Shown: positions 13,271 to 26,275 of the stretch, one piece after another
Numbering within the stretch: position 1 is the stretch's first letter
Layout of the letters: each line of letters starts with the position of its first letter
NCBI RefSeq assembly: GCF_036321535.1
Contig: NC_087436.1
Span: 9,052,001-9,116,000, forward strand
DNA from: Camelus dromedarius
Lineage: Eukaryota
Direction of reading: 5' to 3'
DNA length: 64,000 nucleotides
Program-made: the position numbers and the translations under genes
Notes under the pieces: model-generated
Told to the model about the DNA's origin: nothing
Databases searched by the model: none
The model's input: the letters and a program-made list of their open reading frames with translations, nothing else

Positions 13271-16200
13271 TATGCAGTCTTAGCAGATTTGCTTCTAAAC
13301 ACGTGAATGCTTAGGGAAAACAGGAAGGGAAATAAAAGAAAAGAAGACAGAAGGAAAAGAAGGAAAGAAAGAAAGAGAGTAAGAAGATAGCTGGTCAATA
13401 AGGCAGCAAGGTAGGGAGGAAAGAATAGTATTTAACTTGTGCGTTCAATGGTGAAGACAGAATAAACGGTATGATTACTATCCATAAGAGTGACCCATTT
13501 AATATGTATTTTATATATACACATATATAACTTAAATGTAAAATCTTTATGCACAAATAAGTGCAATATTTCATTAAATTATATGCATGCAAATTATATA
13601 TAACATTTTATTCATTTAACACTTATAAGAATAAAGTGCTTTTTCATATATTACTTCATTTTTTACTCTACCCCCCATTAATCCTATGGCTATAGGTAAT
13701 TCATGTAATATTGCGATTATTTGGCAAGTGAGAATAGCCTTGAATAAATGAAATGAGTCTTCTGGAAACAGCTTGGGAGCAAAATCAAGAAGAGAAGCAT
13801 TAGATCTATTTGGAAAGCCAGGAAAAGATTGTTTTATCTTTTCTCTACCACTTAATAGTGGCATTATTTGGCAAATTACGTCACTTATCCACATTTTGTG
13901 TTCTTCACCTTATGAAATAGACCTTACTATTTCTTTTTTCCTAAGTTCTGGACACATGGATCTAAGTTCCCTGCTCTACACGTTCCTTCACCTGGATAGC
14001 ACACAGCGTAAACTCACACATCCCCAATGGAGCTTGTGTTACTCCTTTTGCTCCTGGCGGTCTTCTCCAACCTGCGTCATTGCATCGGTTGGTGCATCCT
14101 TGAACAGATGAATGACAGATACAATCAGGTGATTGAGCAAGCTCGCCAGGGAGGGAGTTCAGTGAGAGGACCAGTGAGATGGAGACTGGGAAACCAAGAA
14201 ACTTTGAGAGGACAGGAAAGCCAGTGAAAGAGGAGAGGGAGGAGCAGAGAAAGTAATGGGGTTGGGGGAGATCCTACAATCATCGGCTCTTTCTTGTTTC
14301 AGCTCAGTCACCTCCTTCATCTTGTGACGCTGAGGAACACCGATACTGGTGAGTGCCAGGCACACCTCTAACCCCTTTCTATCCATGACCACGTGACTCC
14401 CCCTGTGACATGGGGGGACAGGTACTGTTTACACCTCCACCAGGGCAGAGACAGACTCAGTAAAACTGTCCTGAGCAAATGCTTCTAGTAAGTGGATTTA
14501 AACCCAGAAACCCTCTCCCTTATTCCTTTGTACACAGCTCCTTCTGCCTGTATCCACAATTTTAATTCTACAAGTTGTGCTGTTGTCATGTTTTGGTCTT
14601 AAATTGTGTATATGAACATACACATCTCCTCCCCAACCACCGCAGCCAACCTCCCAATGCACACACAAAGTTAACTGGCTGCAGTTATATTTACATCTTG
14701 AGCATTATGAGTTTCCATTGCATAAATCAAACTTAACACAGGCTTTAATTTTTGACTAATGTAGATAAAGACTCTAAAAGAGATAAGATGCTGCAGTGCC
14801 CCATGGGAAAGGCTAACATTATATTTCTGTATAATTTTTAATTATTTGGGTAGATTCTTGCGGTGTTTTATCATTATCACATATAATTTTAGTATTGACA
14901 AGACTTGTATCTTTAATACATGTTTTAAAAAAGTTTTCCATCATTTCTTCTAAACATAATTAACGATTTAGATCCCCTGCAAACTCAGGAAAAAAAAAAA
15001 TCAAAGACACTGGGGTAATAGTAGAATTTGAAAAATAATTTTCTGACCTTTTTTTTGGAGAGTGATGTTTAAAAAAATGAGAGCCAGATAAATAAATACA
15101 TTATATAAAAATTTAGATAATACATGTTCTCTGTGGGTATTTTTGTGAGAAAAAAATTATATGTTGTTATTAACAAGTAAAAAATGCTGTGATTAATGTC
15201 AATTTTTCTATGTTTCTACAGTAGAATGATTATTCATGAATCAGAATCACTGTTCCTTTGCTAACAGGAAAAGAACCATATTTCCTAAGTACCAGTGTTG
15301 TTTGTTGCTCTAAGTGACTTAATAATAAGCCAAAACAATTTCTTTTGTTTTGCCATGCTTAGGTTATTTTCCAAGTATGGTTCCTGCTTTGAAAATTATT
15401 CAATTCCTATGGCTCCTAAACAACATTACAATTTTCTATTTTTGTGGTAGATTTTTTTTTCCAAATAATGCACAGTGACAAAAAACAATGAAATAGTCTC
15501 ATGGGTCTGGGAAGGGATTGCTCAAGTCTTTAAATTATTAGATCAGTAAGTATTACTTTTTGAACTATAAAATAAGTCACCTGCTAACACCCCATGTCAG
15601 TCCTTGGGATATTTCGGCTTTCTGAGAGCCGATAAGAATCTTATTTTCAGATGGTGAGGCACTAACCTTAAGACCCATGACTTACTTTCCAACAGTATCT
15701 TTTAATGCTTTAGAATATTTAATTTCAGCTAATTTTGGTAAAAAGAGAGCTGTTTGATAAAGGATGGTTGTTTGATTAAAGATGTTTCAATAGGAAAGTC
15801 ATATTTTACATTTTCTTTTAATCTAGGGATGGTTTATAACTCGTGCACTATTCTCCTGACAGGGACAGAAAAATCTTGTTTGATGTTCCTGTTTTGTAGA
15901 AATAATGGTGTAATCACTGTGACATTTGCTCATATTTTACAGGAATAAACAATGAGTTATTGAATGCAAGTTTCATCCGTGTTCCAGGAGACAGACACCA
16001 TTAATTACCCCAAAGACAGTGAAATAGGTAGGAAAAAGGCTGGGCTCTACCCTCCTTCACTTGAATGGCTTTAGGCCATTCTCTCCTTTTTTTAATATTA
16101 AATATGGAGGATGACTTGACTAAACTTGGGACTGATTTACACAGTTCTCCTCGAGGATAGTAATTTGTATTGTAGTATATTAAATTAAACAGGCGTAGTT

Positions 16201-16299
16201 ACTCAAGAAGCTATTGGCATGCAAGCATTTTTCCCTTCTACTTAGCTTACATAAAGAGATTTGATTATGTAGAGAGATTAAATTGAAAAGAAAAAAACA

Positions 16300-16950
16300 C
16301 ACAAATAAAAGAGGGAACATTTTAAAAATTGACCTTTGATTGACAGAAGCTTCTAACATCCCACACAGTGTCCAATAATTACATTTAAACTACTAGTTAG
16401 CAGTAGCTGCGTCTCTTTTAGCAAAGCTGTCTCTGAGATGCCATTCCTGTGACAATAATCAGAAGTGACAGCCTCGTCCACCTTTTATGATAATGCGGCA
16501 CACAGCCTTGTTAATCTGACCCACTGAAATAAATGAAAAACATACTTGTGCCCTGGTATAATTGTCGGCAGCAGTATTTTAGCAGGCTTCATTTGTACTT
16601 CACTCTAACATCCCCTCTCAAGTCTGATGTAAACGTTAACCAGAGCTGGCACTATTCATAATGAGCTTGGATCGGGGGGTGGGGGGGCAGAGAAGAGTAC
16701 TTGGGGTGAACCAGCACGTGACCTTAAATGTCAGTGAAGTGTCGCGGTTCCTTGGAAAAGCAAAAAGCCCAAAAGGATACCATAATTGTTCCAGTAAGAA
16801 CTTGCAAAATGCAAAAGGCTACCATGATAAAATACGCCACGAGAAAAGCACCCCTTGGGTTCATATTTCAAGGTTATATGAGCGCTGATTGCCCTTTAAA
16901 TTACCAGGAGACAATATAAGAGAAAAATACTACATCTTAATATGTAATTA
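16300..16950. promoter_or_regulatory. Candidate developmental enhancer or conserved non-coding element
   Basis: No recognisable repeat; overlapping TGACCTTT, CCTTTGAT and TGATTGACAG motifs at 16330-16346, with further TGACA and TAAT sites nearby. Confidence 0.4.
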
Positions 16951-17704
16951 ATAATATTTAAAAGCATTAACTCATAGACATGAAGGTAATGGGTGGCATA
17001 CAAATAAAAATAATAAAACTGCTATCCACAGAAAGTAAGGATTACGAGTTTTATTCCTACATTATTCTGTGCGTGCATAAACATTTCAAAATCAGTTAGT
17101 GTTTTGTGTTTCTTCCTATGTGCATTATAGAAATCATCTTTCAACTCAACGTACTTCTGACCAGTTTTCTACAAATTAGGTACGGTGGTGGCAAGCTATA
17201 AAGATGAAAAGTAGGATTCTTTTTTGGTGTTCAGCTTTCGATGGGAAATTTTAAACTCATTTGCTTGGTATTTTTTTGTTTCTTTACTTTTCGATTGTTT
17301 GGTTTGAGGAAATGGAACCTATTACATCTTTGGACAATTTTCCTGTCTTTTTACTCATACAGAATATAAACGGAAGTGGTGAGATTCTGAACCGTTTCTT
17401 GGTGCTTTGTCCCTCCTTGTAGGTTAATTTGGTTTTTATAGAGTTCAACCCACTGAACTTAGGAGTTTAGCAGATGACATTATTTCAAAGTAACAAGCTT
17501 GTATCATGCAACATATCTCAAACCTTTTTCTCTATTTTCTAATGCATTTGTAAACCAACAAAATCATAAACGTATCAAAGCACCTTGAGGTGGTGATGAA
17601 TTATTGATAAAGATCATGGGCAAGTTAAAAAGGATGTGTAGTTCTGCTTAATAATATGTCTGTCATGCTAAGGAGGAAAAATGAGAGAGAAACATAGGAG
17701 AAAC

Positions 17705-18252
17705 ACATCCCATACCATACAGCTCACCTATTTAAAGGGGACAATTTAGTGACTTTCCGTTGTAGTCACAGGATTGTACAACAATCCCTAAAATTTTAGA
17801 ACCTTTTCATCACCGCAAAAAAGAAGCCCAATGCCTATTTGCAGTCATTTCCCATCTTTCCTCTTATCTCTCTTGCCTGAGTCAACCACTAACATACTCT
17901 CTGTCCTTATAGACTTGCCAATTCTGGATATTTCATATAAATGCAACCATATAAGATTTTTGTGTCTGGCTTCTTTCATTAGTATAATGTGGTCAAAGTT
18001 CATCCATCCAAGTATCAGTTCTTCATTCCTTTTTTGTTACAGAATAATATTCCACTGTACGATGGCAAGTTTGTTCATCCGTTTATCAGTTGATGAACAT
18101 TTGGATTGCTTCAGTTTTTTCTTTTTTTGCTATTATGTGTAGCACAGCTATGAACATTTGTGTACAAATTTTGCCTGGACATATGTTTTTATTCCTCTTG
18201 GGTATACACCTAGGAGTTCCATGGCTGGACCATATGGTAACTCTGAGTTTAA
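17705..18252 (-). mobile_element. Older LINE-1 (L1MB-like) 3' end
   Basis: 'cataccatacagctcacctatttaaag...aattttagaaccttttcatcacc...ttctggatatttcatataaatg...cttgggtatacacctaggag'. Confidence 0.85.
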
Positions 18253-20270
18253 TTAATTGGATTTGGGGGAATTGTGCATAGCCCAGAAAAAGCCAGAAAC
18301 ACCAGAACAGTTTGTAGATCCTCCAGGAGGAAAGAACACATCTGTTTCACTGCCTTCTTTCTTGGCTGTCGTGTTATGGGAATCATGCAGTGATGCCTGG
18401 AAGACTGGGGGTTCCAAGTTCGGGGAGCTCTCACGCCAGATACTCAATGCCACTCTTCTGCTGAGCCGCCATACTTTTTATCTCCAAATCACTAAGATTT
18501 CCATCCTCAGGCTGCCATACCTCGGTTACATGCCAAAGATCTGACTAGAATTTTTCTGGAATAATCTCCCCACAAATTGGCTCCTAGTCCAGAGACCAGA
18601 TTTCCAAAGTAAAACCAGAACATATGGTTGACATATGGGCCAACAGCAGGACCGAATATTGAAAATCATATTTCCCTAAAATTTTGGAGACATAATTCTC
18701 CCTCCGTTTCCTGGCTTCCCTCTGCCTCGCCCTCTCTGGGAACCTGCCTCCTCATTATTTCACTCTCTTAACTTAGACTGCCTTTCAGTTGTGCTGTCTG
18801 CTTGGCGTGTGTGTCTCTTTTATGAATACTTCTCAAGCTCTGCCCATTTTTCAAGCACCATATCAAACCTCACTCTTCCAAAAGCCTTCTGAAAATCCGC
18901 CATTTGTTACTCCTCTGCAGTCTCATGTATTCTGTTATGACATTTCTTCCCCCTGTGTATTTTTGACTTTCCTAGTAGACCTCAAGCATCCGGAAGACAG
19001 GAAAAATAATTTATGAGTTTGCATTTTTGGTGTGCCTAGGGGAGTATTCTGTGTTTACACTGAGTTTAATAAGTCTGTGGATTCTATATCCCCATGAGAT
19101 GTCTGGGCCACACTACCTAGGGCATCTCAAATATTGATACACACTTGCAGGAACCCTCTGTGGGGGAGAGTATCTCTGGAAGGCAGCAGATTGAATGAGA
19201 CAAAAACTTCAATATCACCTTTCAGGTTAGGCTAAGAGAAACAGTATATTTATCTGAAGAATATGCCACTCGCAGAAATCTTGATGATTTTCCAGAGGGA
19301 AAAGCACTGAATTTTAATAAACATTCTCCCAACTTTCCAGATTATCAGCACGTGACTCTCCTGCCTTGGTGAGCATCTTGCCGCGATATCTGAACAAGAT
19401 GTACAGACTCTTCAAGTGAACATTGATGATTAATAAAACAGAAAAGCACAGTTAAAACTGAAGTTAAGTCACCCCAATTTTTTTCAATCGTAACTCAAAA
19501 CACTCCAATTATTTCTTCAATGAAGAAAACTCTGTGGCAAAGCATCAACTAAAAGTATCAATTAAAAGTCCTAAGCAAATAAATTTTCATCTCTACCCTG
19601 CTCATGAATTTTGGTAGAAAAATCCCCACTTGACCAAAGTTGAAAATCTCATAGAAAGTTTTATCTTTTAGTGAAATTATATAGGAAACTATTTAAATAC
19701 GTCAAATGCATTTCAAGTGAATATCAAGTATCTGAGCGGTTAATAATATTATATTGGGCACTTGGAGACTTTTCCCAGAGTGGATGAAGAATCGTGCTTT
19801 TTCACCTTCTTCCTCTATATGATATGATATTTCATTAGAATTTTTAAATTTTAGAGTATTTTGAATTGTATTCACTAAAGTGTAACCTCTCAGGATAGTT
19901 TCACAAAAAGCTATTACAGTCTAAACGTTCCCTACGGCCACTTCAATAGTCATTCTGTCCCCCTGAGATTTGGGGAAGGACAGCGCGGAAGACCAGAGGG
20001 CAGAGATGAGGTGGAGGAACATTCTCCCTCTCAGGACGCACCTCCCACAAGAGGAACTCCACTCCACTAACATAACACTCCTGGCACCTGTCACTCAGGA
20101 GAAGGGCTGATGGGAGAGTTGAATTGGGGAGAAAAACTAGATTTGTTCTGTTTAGTCCTTTTTTTTTTAATTTTTTGAAGATTATTCTCTACTCTCCACT
20201 ATTTAGATTGACTTACAGTTTGGGATCATGGCACACGGTTCTCCATCAGGCATTGGTAAACAAGAGTCTT

Positions 20271-20407
20271 TTTTTGTTTTAAATTTTTTGGGGGAGGTCA
20301 TTAGGTTTAATGATTTATGTATCATTTTGAATGGAGGTACTGGGGATTGAACCCAGGACCACGAGCATGCTAAGCATGTGCTCTACCACTGAGCTGTTCC
20401 CTCCCTT
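20271..20407 (-). mobile_element. Camelid tRNA-Ala-derived SINE (Vic-1 type) with a 15-bp TSD
   Basis: Antisense head 'ggaggtactggggattgaacccaggacc...gctctaccactgagct'. TSD GTAAACAAG[A/G]GTCTT at 20256-20270 and 20408-20422. Confidence 0.92.
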
Positions 20408-21744
20408 GTAAACAAGGGTCTTATGTTTCTTCTGTTTGTTTTTGCAGAGGCTTAGATTGGGTTATGCAAAGGAACTTTAAGTTGTCAACAGCCTTAAACC
20501 AAACATCTGTGATTGATTTTTCTGCCTTGGCTGGCCATCCCAGTTTATGAAGGACTTGTCCACTAGCAATTTCTAAAAGAGATGGAAAGACATCCCTGCA
20601 AATGCCAGACCATAAGCAAAGGTGCACTGACCTTGACAAAGACATGGGGCATCCTGGGTTTAAGCAAAGCAGAAGTTACACGGAGCTCAGAAGCCAAAAT
20701 GCACTGTATGTGAGCAGAAAATGCCACAGCACACTCAAAGCCTCACAGGCTTTCGAAAGAGGCAGTGTCCGTGGGTCCTGGCTCCGAGTGTATCTGTGGC
20801 AGCTTGGTGGCACCCCCCACTCCCCGTGCATGTGTGAAGGCAGTGAGTACCTGGGAGATACTATCGGGGCTACAGAGGTGTGAGTCATCAGATTTAACTG
20901 AAGCAAGAGTTCAACTGGATGGAAAAGGGCACCTTCCTATACGCCTGCCATTTAGACTTTATAGAGCAAAACAGTTTTTCCTACTTGCACCACGATTTTC
21001 AGTCTACCTGCCTGGAATGCCTTTTATATTTCAAGGCAGCTGGATTCCAAGCATACTCGTAACACTAAAGACGCTCAGGTTTTAATTATTATTGTCAGGC
21101 TTAGATTTGATGCTTCGAATCTCATTTTATACTCAGGGCTAAAGAAGAGAGTGTGGAAGAACACTAAGCTTGGATTCAGGGACTTAATCCACATGCCTGA
21201 GGTCTGAAATGGAATAAAATAGTGTTAGGTAATGAAGTTACATGTTATCCAGGGATTTGCTGTGCTTTGAGGGAACATGTTTGATAAATTCGCAGAATTG
21301 AGACCACACAAAACCACATGGCAAAAAAAGCGGGGTGTGGCAGGAAGGCAGGCGGGATGATGATAGATTCAGTCCATGCTGCGGTTAGTCGGCAAAATCT
21401 CCTGGGTGGGATTGTCCAAGCCAAGAAAGTGAAGGCGTACAAGATTTGTTTGAACAGCACATGCAGTTGGCAAACACAGAACAAACAAGTTGAAATCTTA
21501 AAAAGCAAACAAACAAACAAAAATCTCTGGATGGAAACAAATGGATGCTAACAGAAGCAAGGCATTTGGATCCAGGAAATTATTATCTCTTTACATGGTA
21601 GAGAAGGGAAGAAAGCAACTTTATAAACAGGTCACAATGGCTTTTCTAAAAAGAGAAGAGTATGAGTCGGGAAATGAAACAACTGATATTGTCTTCCATT
21701 ATGGTGTGAAATATGTCTGCTAGAAATCCCACTCAAGATCTATA

Positions 21745-22226
21745 GAGAAGATGTGGTATACATACACAAGGGACTATTACTCAGCCATAAAAAGGAATGG
21801 AATTTTGCCATTCGCAACAACATGAATGGACCCGGAGGGCATCATGCTTAGTGAAATAAGTCAGAGAAAGGCAAACACTGCATGTTTTCACTTATGAGTG
21901 GAACAACAACAACAACAAAAAAAACAAAGGAATGAATATAACAAAACAGAAGCAAACTCACAGATACAGAGAATGAACTAGTGATTACCAGTGGGGATAA
22001 GGAAGAGGAGGGACAAGGTAGGGGGTAGGGGAGTAATAGGTACAAACTACTATGTATAAAACAAGCAAGATACAATGATGTAATGAACACCACAGGGAAT
22101 GCTGCTAACTGATATTTTATAATAACTTTAAATGGAGTATAATCTATGAGAATTTTGAATCACTATGATGTGCACCTGATACTAATATAATATTATATAT
22201 TTCAACCTTACTTTAATAATAAAAAA
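21745..22226 (+). mobile_element. LINE-1 ORF2 end and 3' UTR
   Basis: 'agaagatgtggtata...tactcagccataaaaaggaatg...gcttagtgaaataagtcag...ataataactttaaatggagtataatc', then an A-rich end. Confidence 0.88.
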
Positions 22227-22629
22227 TCTAAAACATTAAAAATCTGAGGAGTGGCAGTGACTGGGAAAACAACTCTCGGCTGCATTCTCACTATGTTCTT
22301 AGTGCAAACTTTCCGAAGCATTAAAAGGCCAGCTTGGTAAGAACACCACATCTGTGACTCTCCAATATCCTCCTTTTCCTATGTTACTTTTTCCCCTACA
22401 ACCCCTAGGGATTTATTCACCATAAAACATCAGCACATAAGCTTTTCCAAAGGCTCTGCTTTTAGAGGAAATTCCGTTAAGACAGGAAATTAAAAGGTGC
22501 TTAATATGCTGGATGAGAAACAAAATTACATAAATTAAGACTTGCCAAAGCTGTTTCATTGTGTATTTCCAGACTTCAAAAGAAGGTGGCCATGTCTCAA
22601 CAGCCATTATCTGAGAAAGCAGAGTGTTA

Positions 22630-23165
22630 AGAGATTACTCGTATCCCAGACGCGGGAAACTCTCCGCCTTAATTAATCCCCTGATGAAAGTCTTTTCTGG
22701 TTGAAATTGCTTTCAAAGTTCATGGACCGTGGGCCCCGGCGCAGAGTAACAGGAGTCCTGGAGTGACTGAAGCATTGCACGCGTTCCCTCTACGGTCTCG
22801 TTTCCTCAGATAACGAGGTTGTATTTTGGTCTTTGCCAGACCTGAATCTTAGGCTCTGAAGAATTAATTCTGAGTGGAATAACTTTGGGTTCTAGAAATG
22901 AGCCACTTTAGAAAACCTCTTGGATGAGAATGCAGATGTTGCCAGTCCTTGGGCTCTCTGCCAAAATGACTTGACTTGAATCTCATTGAGATTCTGCGTT
23001 TGTGGGGGGACCGCGGCCACCCCAGGGAACATGGACACCCAGCTGCTGCTGCTCAGTGAAGCTGCCTCAGCACCAGGCTGGTACATCCTCAGGTCTCCTG
23101 CTGAGCAGGATGAAAAATGGGGAAAACTCTATTTTCTCTAGATTTACAGGACCTGGGTAATTGAT
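22630..23165. promoter_or_regulatory. CpG-retaining patch, possible promoter or enhancer
   Basis: About 12 CpGs in 22640-22820 within an otherwise CpG-poor window; no recognisable repeat. Confidence 0.35.
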
Positions 23166-24443
23166 TTTTTTTTTTTTTAATTTTCATTCTTTGGACTCTA
23201 GTGTCTTTGGATTTCAACTTACATAGGGATGTATTCTTCTGATTAAATTTCTTTAATAGCTTCCACAGGCTTCAAGTAAGAATGAGATTTATCATTGTAT
23301 TTGAGGTATTTCTACGTTCTTGGCCATTTTTGGAGTCTCTAAAGTTATATAATCTCAATATGGAACTTTGGGTGAAATGTAGTTCACAACACGGCTGTGC
23401 TTAATTTGGGAAGTGAAAGAGAATTGGAATGGATTTCCAGATTTGAAGGGAGTAGTCTTAAAGTTATTTTTTGAATCCCATTTCAGCGTCTTCTGGGGAC
23501 AAAATCTACACCAGCCATCAGACCATTAGTAGTTCTGGTCAATACGGAGTTTGTGACTTCACAAAGTCCTGTAACTATCCCAGTAAATTCCAAGGACGAT
23601 ACTCACATTGCAGATTGAATGTAAATTTAGTAATTTAGCCAAATGGTTGAAAGGTAAAGTTTACAAAAATCTGGATGGACAGGGTGGATGTCCTCTCTGC
23701 TCCTATGATCTAGTAAATTTCCCTTCACGTCAGTGTGTGCCACTGCCTGTGAGTTACCCGTGCAGGCTCCTACCTCTGGGTTGGGAATCACGGGACCTGT
23801 GGTGTGCAGGCTACATACCAGATGGGCTGTATGATATAAGCCTGCAGATTACCTGCCAGCAAATTCTCTCCAGATGGACCAGACAACAGCCAAATTCTTT
23901 GCAACATTTCTACCTGACCTTGATCTTGTTTTGTTTTGTTTTCAGATAAATTCACTGAAGACTCAGAGCCCTAAGACAAAAGTGAAAACATGTTTTCTTT
24001 GACAAAGTGTCTCCTGATATTTCCAAATTCCATTACATCATACTAAGATCATTACACAAGATATCTGTTACCAAAGAGGTGACCATGCAGGGGGACATTG
24101 TGTTGGACGTGCAGTAGATGCACTGAGACTCAGTATGCGGCTTCCTCTGCCATTGTGAAGAGCAGTTGGAAACAGGCTAATCTCGGAACACCCAAACCGT
24201 CAGTCTGCTGGAAGGCATAGTTTTCTGTACTTTATCACTATTTATTTTCATACTTCCAGCAGACCACTTACTAAGTCAGCGTAATTAGATCAATGGAGGA
24301 TGGGGCCAGCGAGAACTGTAAAATATGTTAGAGGGGGAGACAACCGTGGACAGCACTTTTTCCTAACGTATAAAGCTTGGGTAACAAGTTATGATACCGA
24401 TGTTTTTCAAAACGTGATTGTATCTCACGTAAACCATTGTTTT

Positions 24444-24928
24444 TGTAACAGGGAAGAGCAAATCTGACTCCAGATTGGATCTGTTTCTTGTACCTTAACC
24501 TTTATATTCTACTGCTTTTGCCACAATTAAGACTGTGAAATGCACCAGGTATCCCATCCTCAAGGCTCTGACCTTTAAGGGTATAATGCTTTTCTGTTTG
24601 TATCGACGTAAAAAGTTGCAGAACAGAGAATAACATTTGTCTTACCGGCGGTTTAAAGGAACATCATAACCTGACCTACTTGGGCAGTTGTAAGAACAAA
24701 GGATTCCTACCCCCAGGAAATTTGCAACAACCAACCGTACTCCTCCCCTTTCAATATGAAGAAAGTCTGAATTCAAACTCAGGTAAGGTGGTTCTTTGGA
24801 ACACTAGTCCACCATCTTCTCGGTGTGCTGGCTTTCTAAATAAAGTTGCTGCTTCTTGCCCGAACAACTCACCTCTCAGTTTATTGGCCTGTCATGCAGC
24901 GAGCACTTTGAGCTTGGACTCGGAAATA
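24444..24928 (+). mobile_element. Solo LTR, ERV1-class
   Basis: Starts TGTAACA and ends 'gagcttggactcggaaata'; AATAAA at about 24839; colinear similarity to 32993-33512; flanks tttt/cttt form an imperfect 4-bp TSD. Confidence 0.8.
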
Positions 24929-26130
24929 CTTTCAAATACAATTGCCTCTTCTTTAGATTCCCCAGTGCAAATCTCCTACTCATTGTAAGTTTCTTAAGTG
25001 GTATTTTCCAACCCATTCTACCTTCTCTGGCAGAGTTGGGTGGGGTGAGGCACTTAAGCTCCCGCCTTGAGCACCTGATTTGGGAGGATGCCCCAGCACC
25101 CTTCTTTGGCTGTTCCCTTCTAAGCAAGGCAAGCAGTTCAAGGGGCGAAGTGTAAGTCTGGGAGTTGCTATCTTTTGGGACTTCTTTGGAAGGATTGGAC
25201 CCTAGAATCCCCGAATAAAGAACCTGAACTTGCTTCCTGGACCTACATAGCAAAGACTGTTTTTTTTTTTTTTAATTTTCAAAAGAGGTAATAGGGTGGA
25301 AAGGGCATGTAAGTAGGGGAGAAAGAAGAGGACAGACCATGGTGTATGGGGAGTGGGGGGAGGGCTTTATTTGCACTCTTGGTCCACGACCCACAAACGT
25401 TAGAATCCAACCTGTTTAAAACTTGCATGAAGCAAGACTGTGCAAGTGAATATAGGTTTAACCAAATTTCATAGGATTTACATAGTTAGACTACTGTTTT
25501 CCATTTAATTTCTCAAAATCCTATTGGCAGTGAACGTTGTCATGGATTGGTGACAGTACTTTGAGAATTGTTTTATCTGTGGATGATTATTATTTGGCAG
25601 CATGATGAGTGACAGTAACTCTTAAATAATTATGAGATGCTCTTGCTGATATATTTAGTGCATCGTGGAAACCACAGTGCAGCTTAGGTTATTTCTCCCT
25701 TCATCCTTGTTGCCACTGAAGCCTGCTTACCTGAATTTCGTTTGTGTCCACCTGTATAATATTTCTCCATTTTGTTTCTAGTAATTTTACATTTCTTTAA
25801 TTAAAAAAAAAAAAAACAGACGAGTGCCATCTGCCTGTTCAGTGTTCCTTCTCAACTTCCAGAAAACTTGAGAAAGCATTCTAAATAAATGTAGACCCAG
25901 TTACTGTTCTCTCATCCCCTCAGCTAACACTCAGATTGAAGGTGCTGCATAAAGTCCTTTCTTTTACTTCAATCTGGGCAGATCTGTCTTTCCCACTAAC
26001 TACCCCCATCTATTCCATGCTGAATAACCTTTTAAATAATAAAGCATGGAAACAGGTAAACAATCTGTTCAAAGTCTAAATGGCCCACATATTATTTATT
26101 GTGTGGCTGCAGTAATTGCTCTACTGATAT

Positions 26131-26275
26131 TTATTTATTTAAAAAAAAATTGGAGGGCTTGGAGGGGAGGTAATTAGGTATTATTTATTTATTTATTTAG
26201 ATGGAGGTACTGGGGATTGAACTCAGGACCTCATGTATGCTAAGCATGCGCTCTACCACTGAGCTATACCCTCCC
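26131..26275 (-). mobile_element. Camelid tRNA-Ala-derived SINE (Vic-1 type)
   Basis: 'ggaggtactggggattgaactcaggacctcatgtatgctaagcatgcgctctaccactgagctataccctccc'. Confidence 0.92.

Noticed and set aside
14027..14227. 66-aa ORF with a signal-peptide-like start (MELVLLLLLLAVFS)
   Set aside because: It is short, has C at the -3 Kozak position, has no recognisable homology or promoter context, and is compatible with chance.
25731..25794. Minus-strand exon-like segments (here and at about 39144-39191)
   Set aside because: The splice-like motifs and open frames are plausible, but I do not recognise the peptides and such matches are common in long AT-rich DNA.
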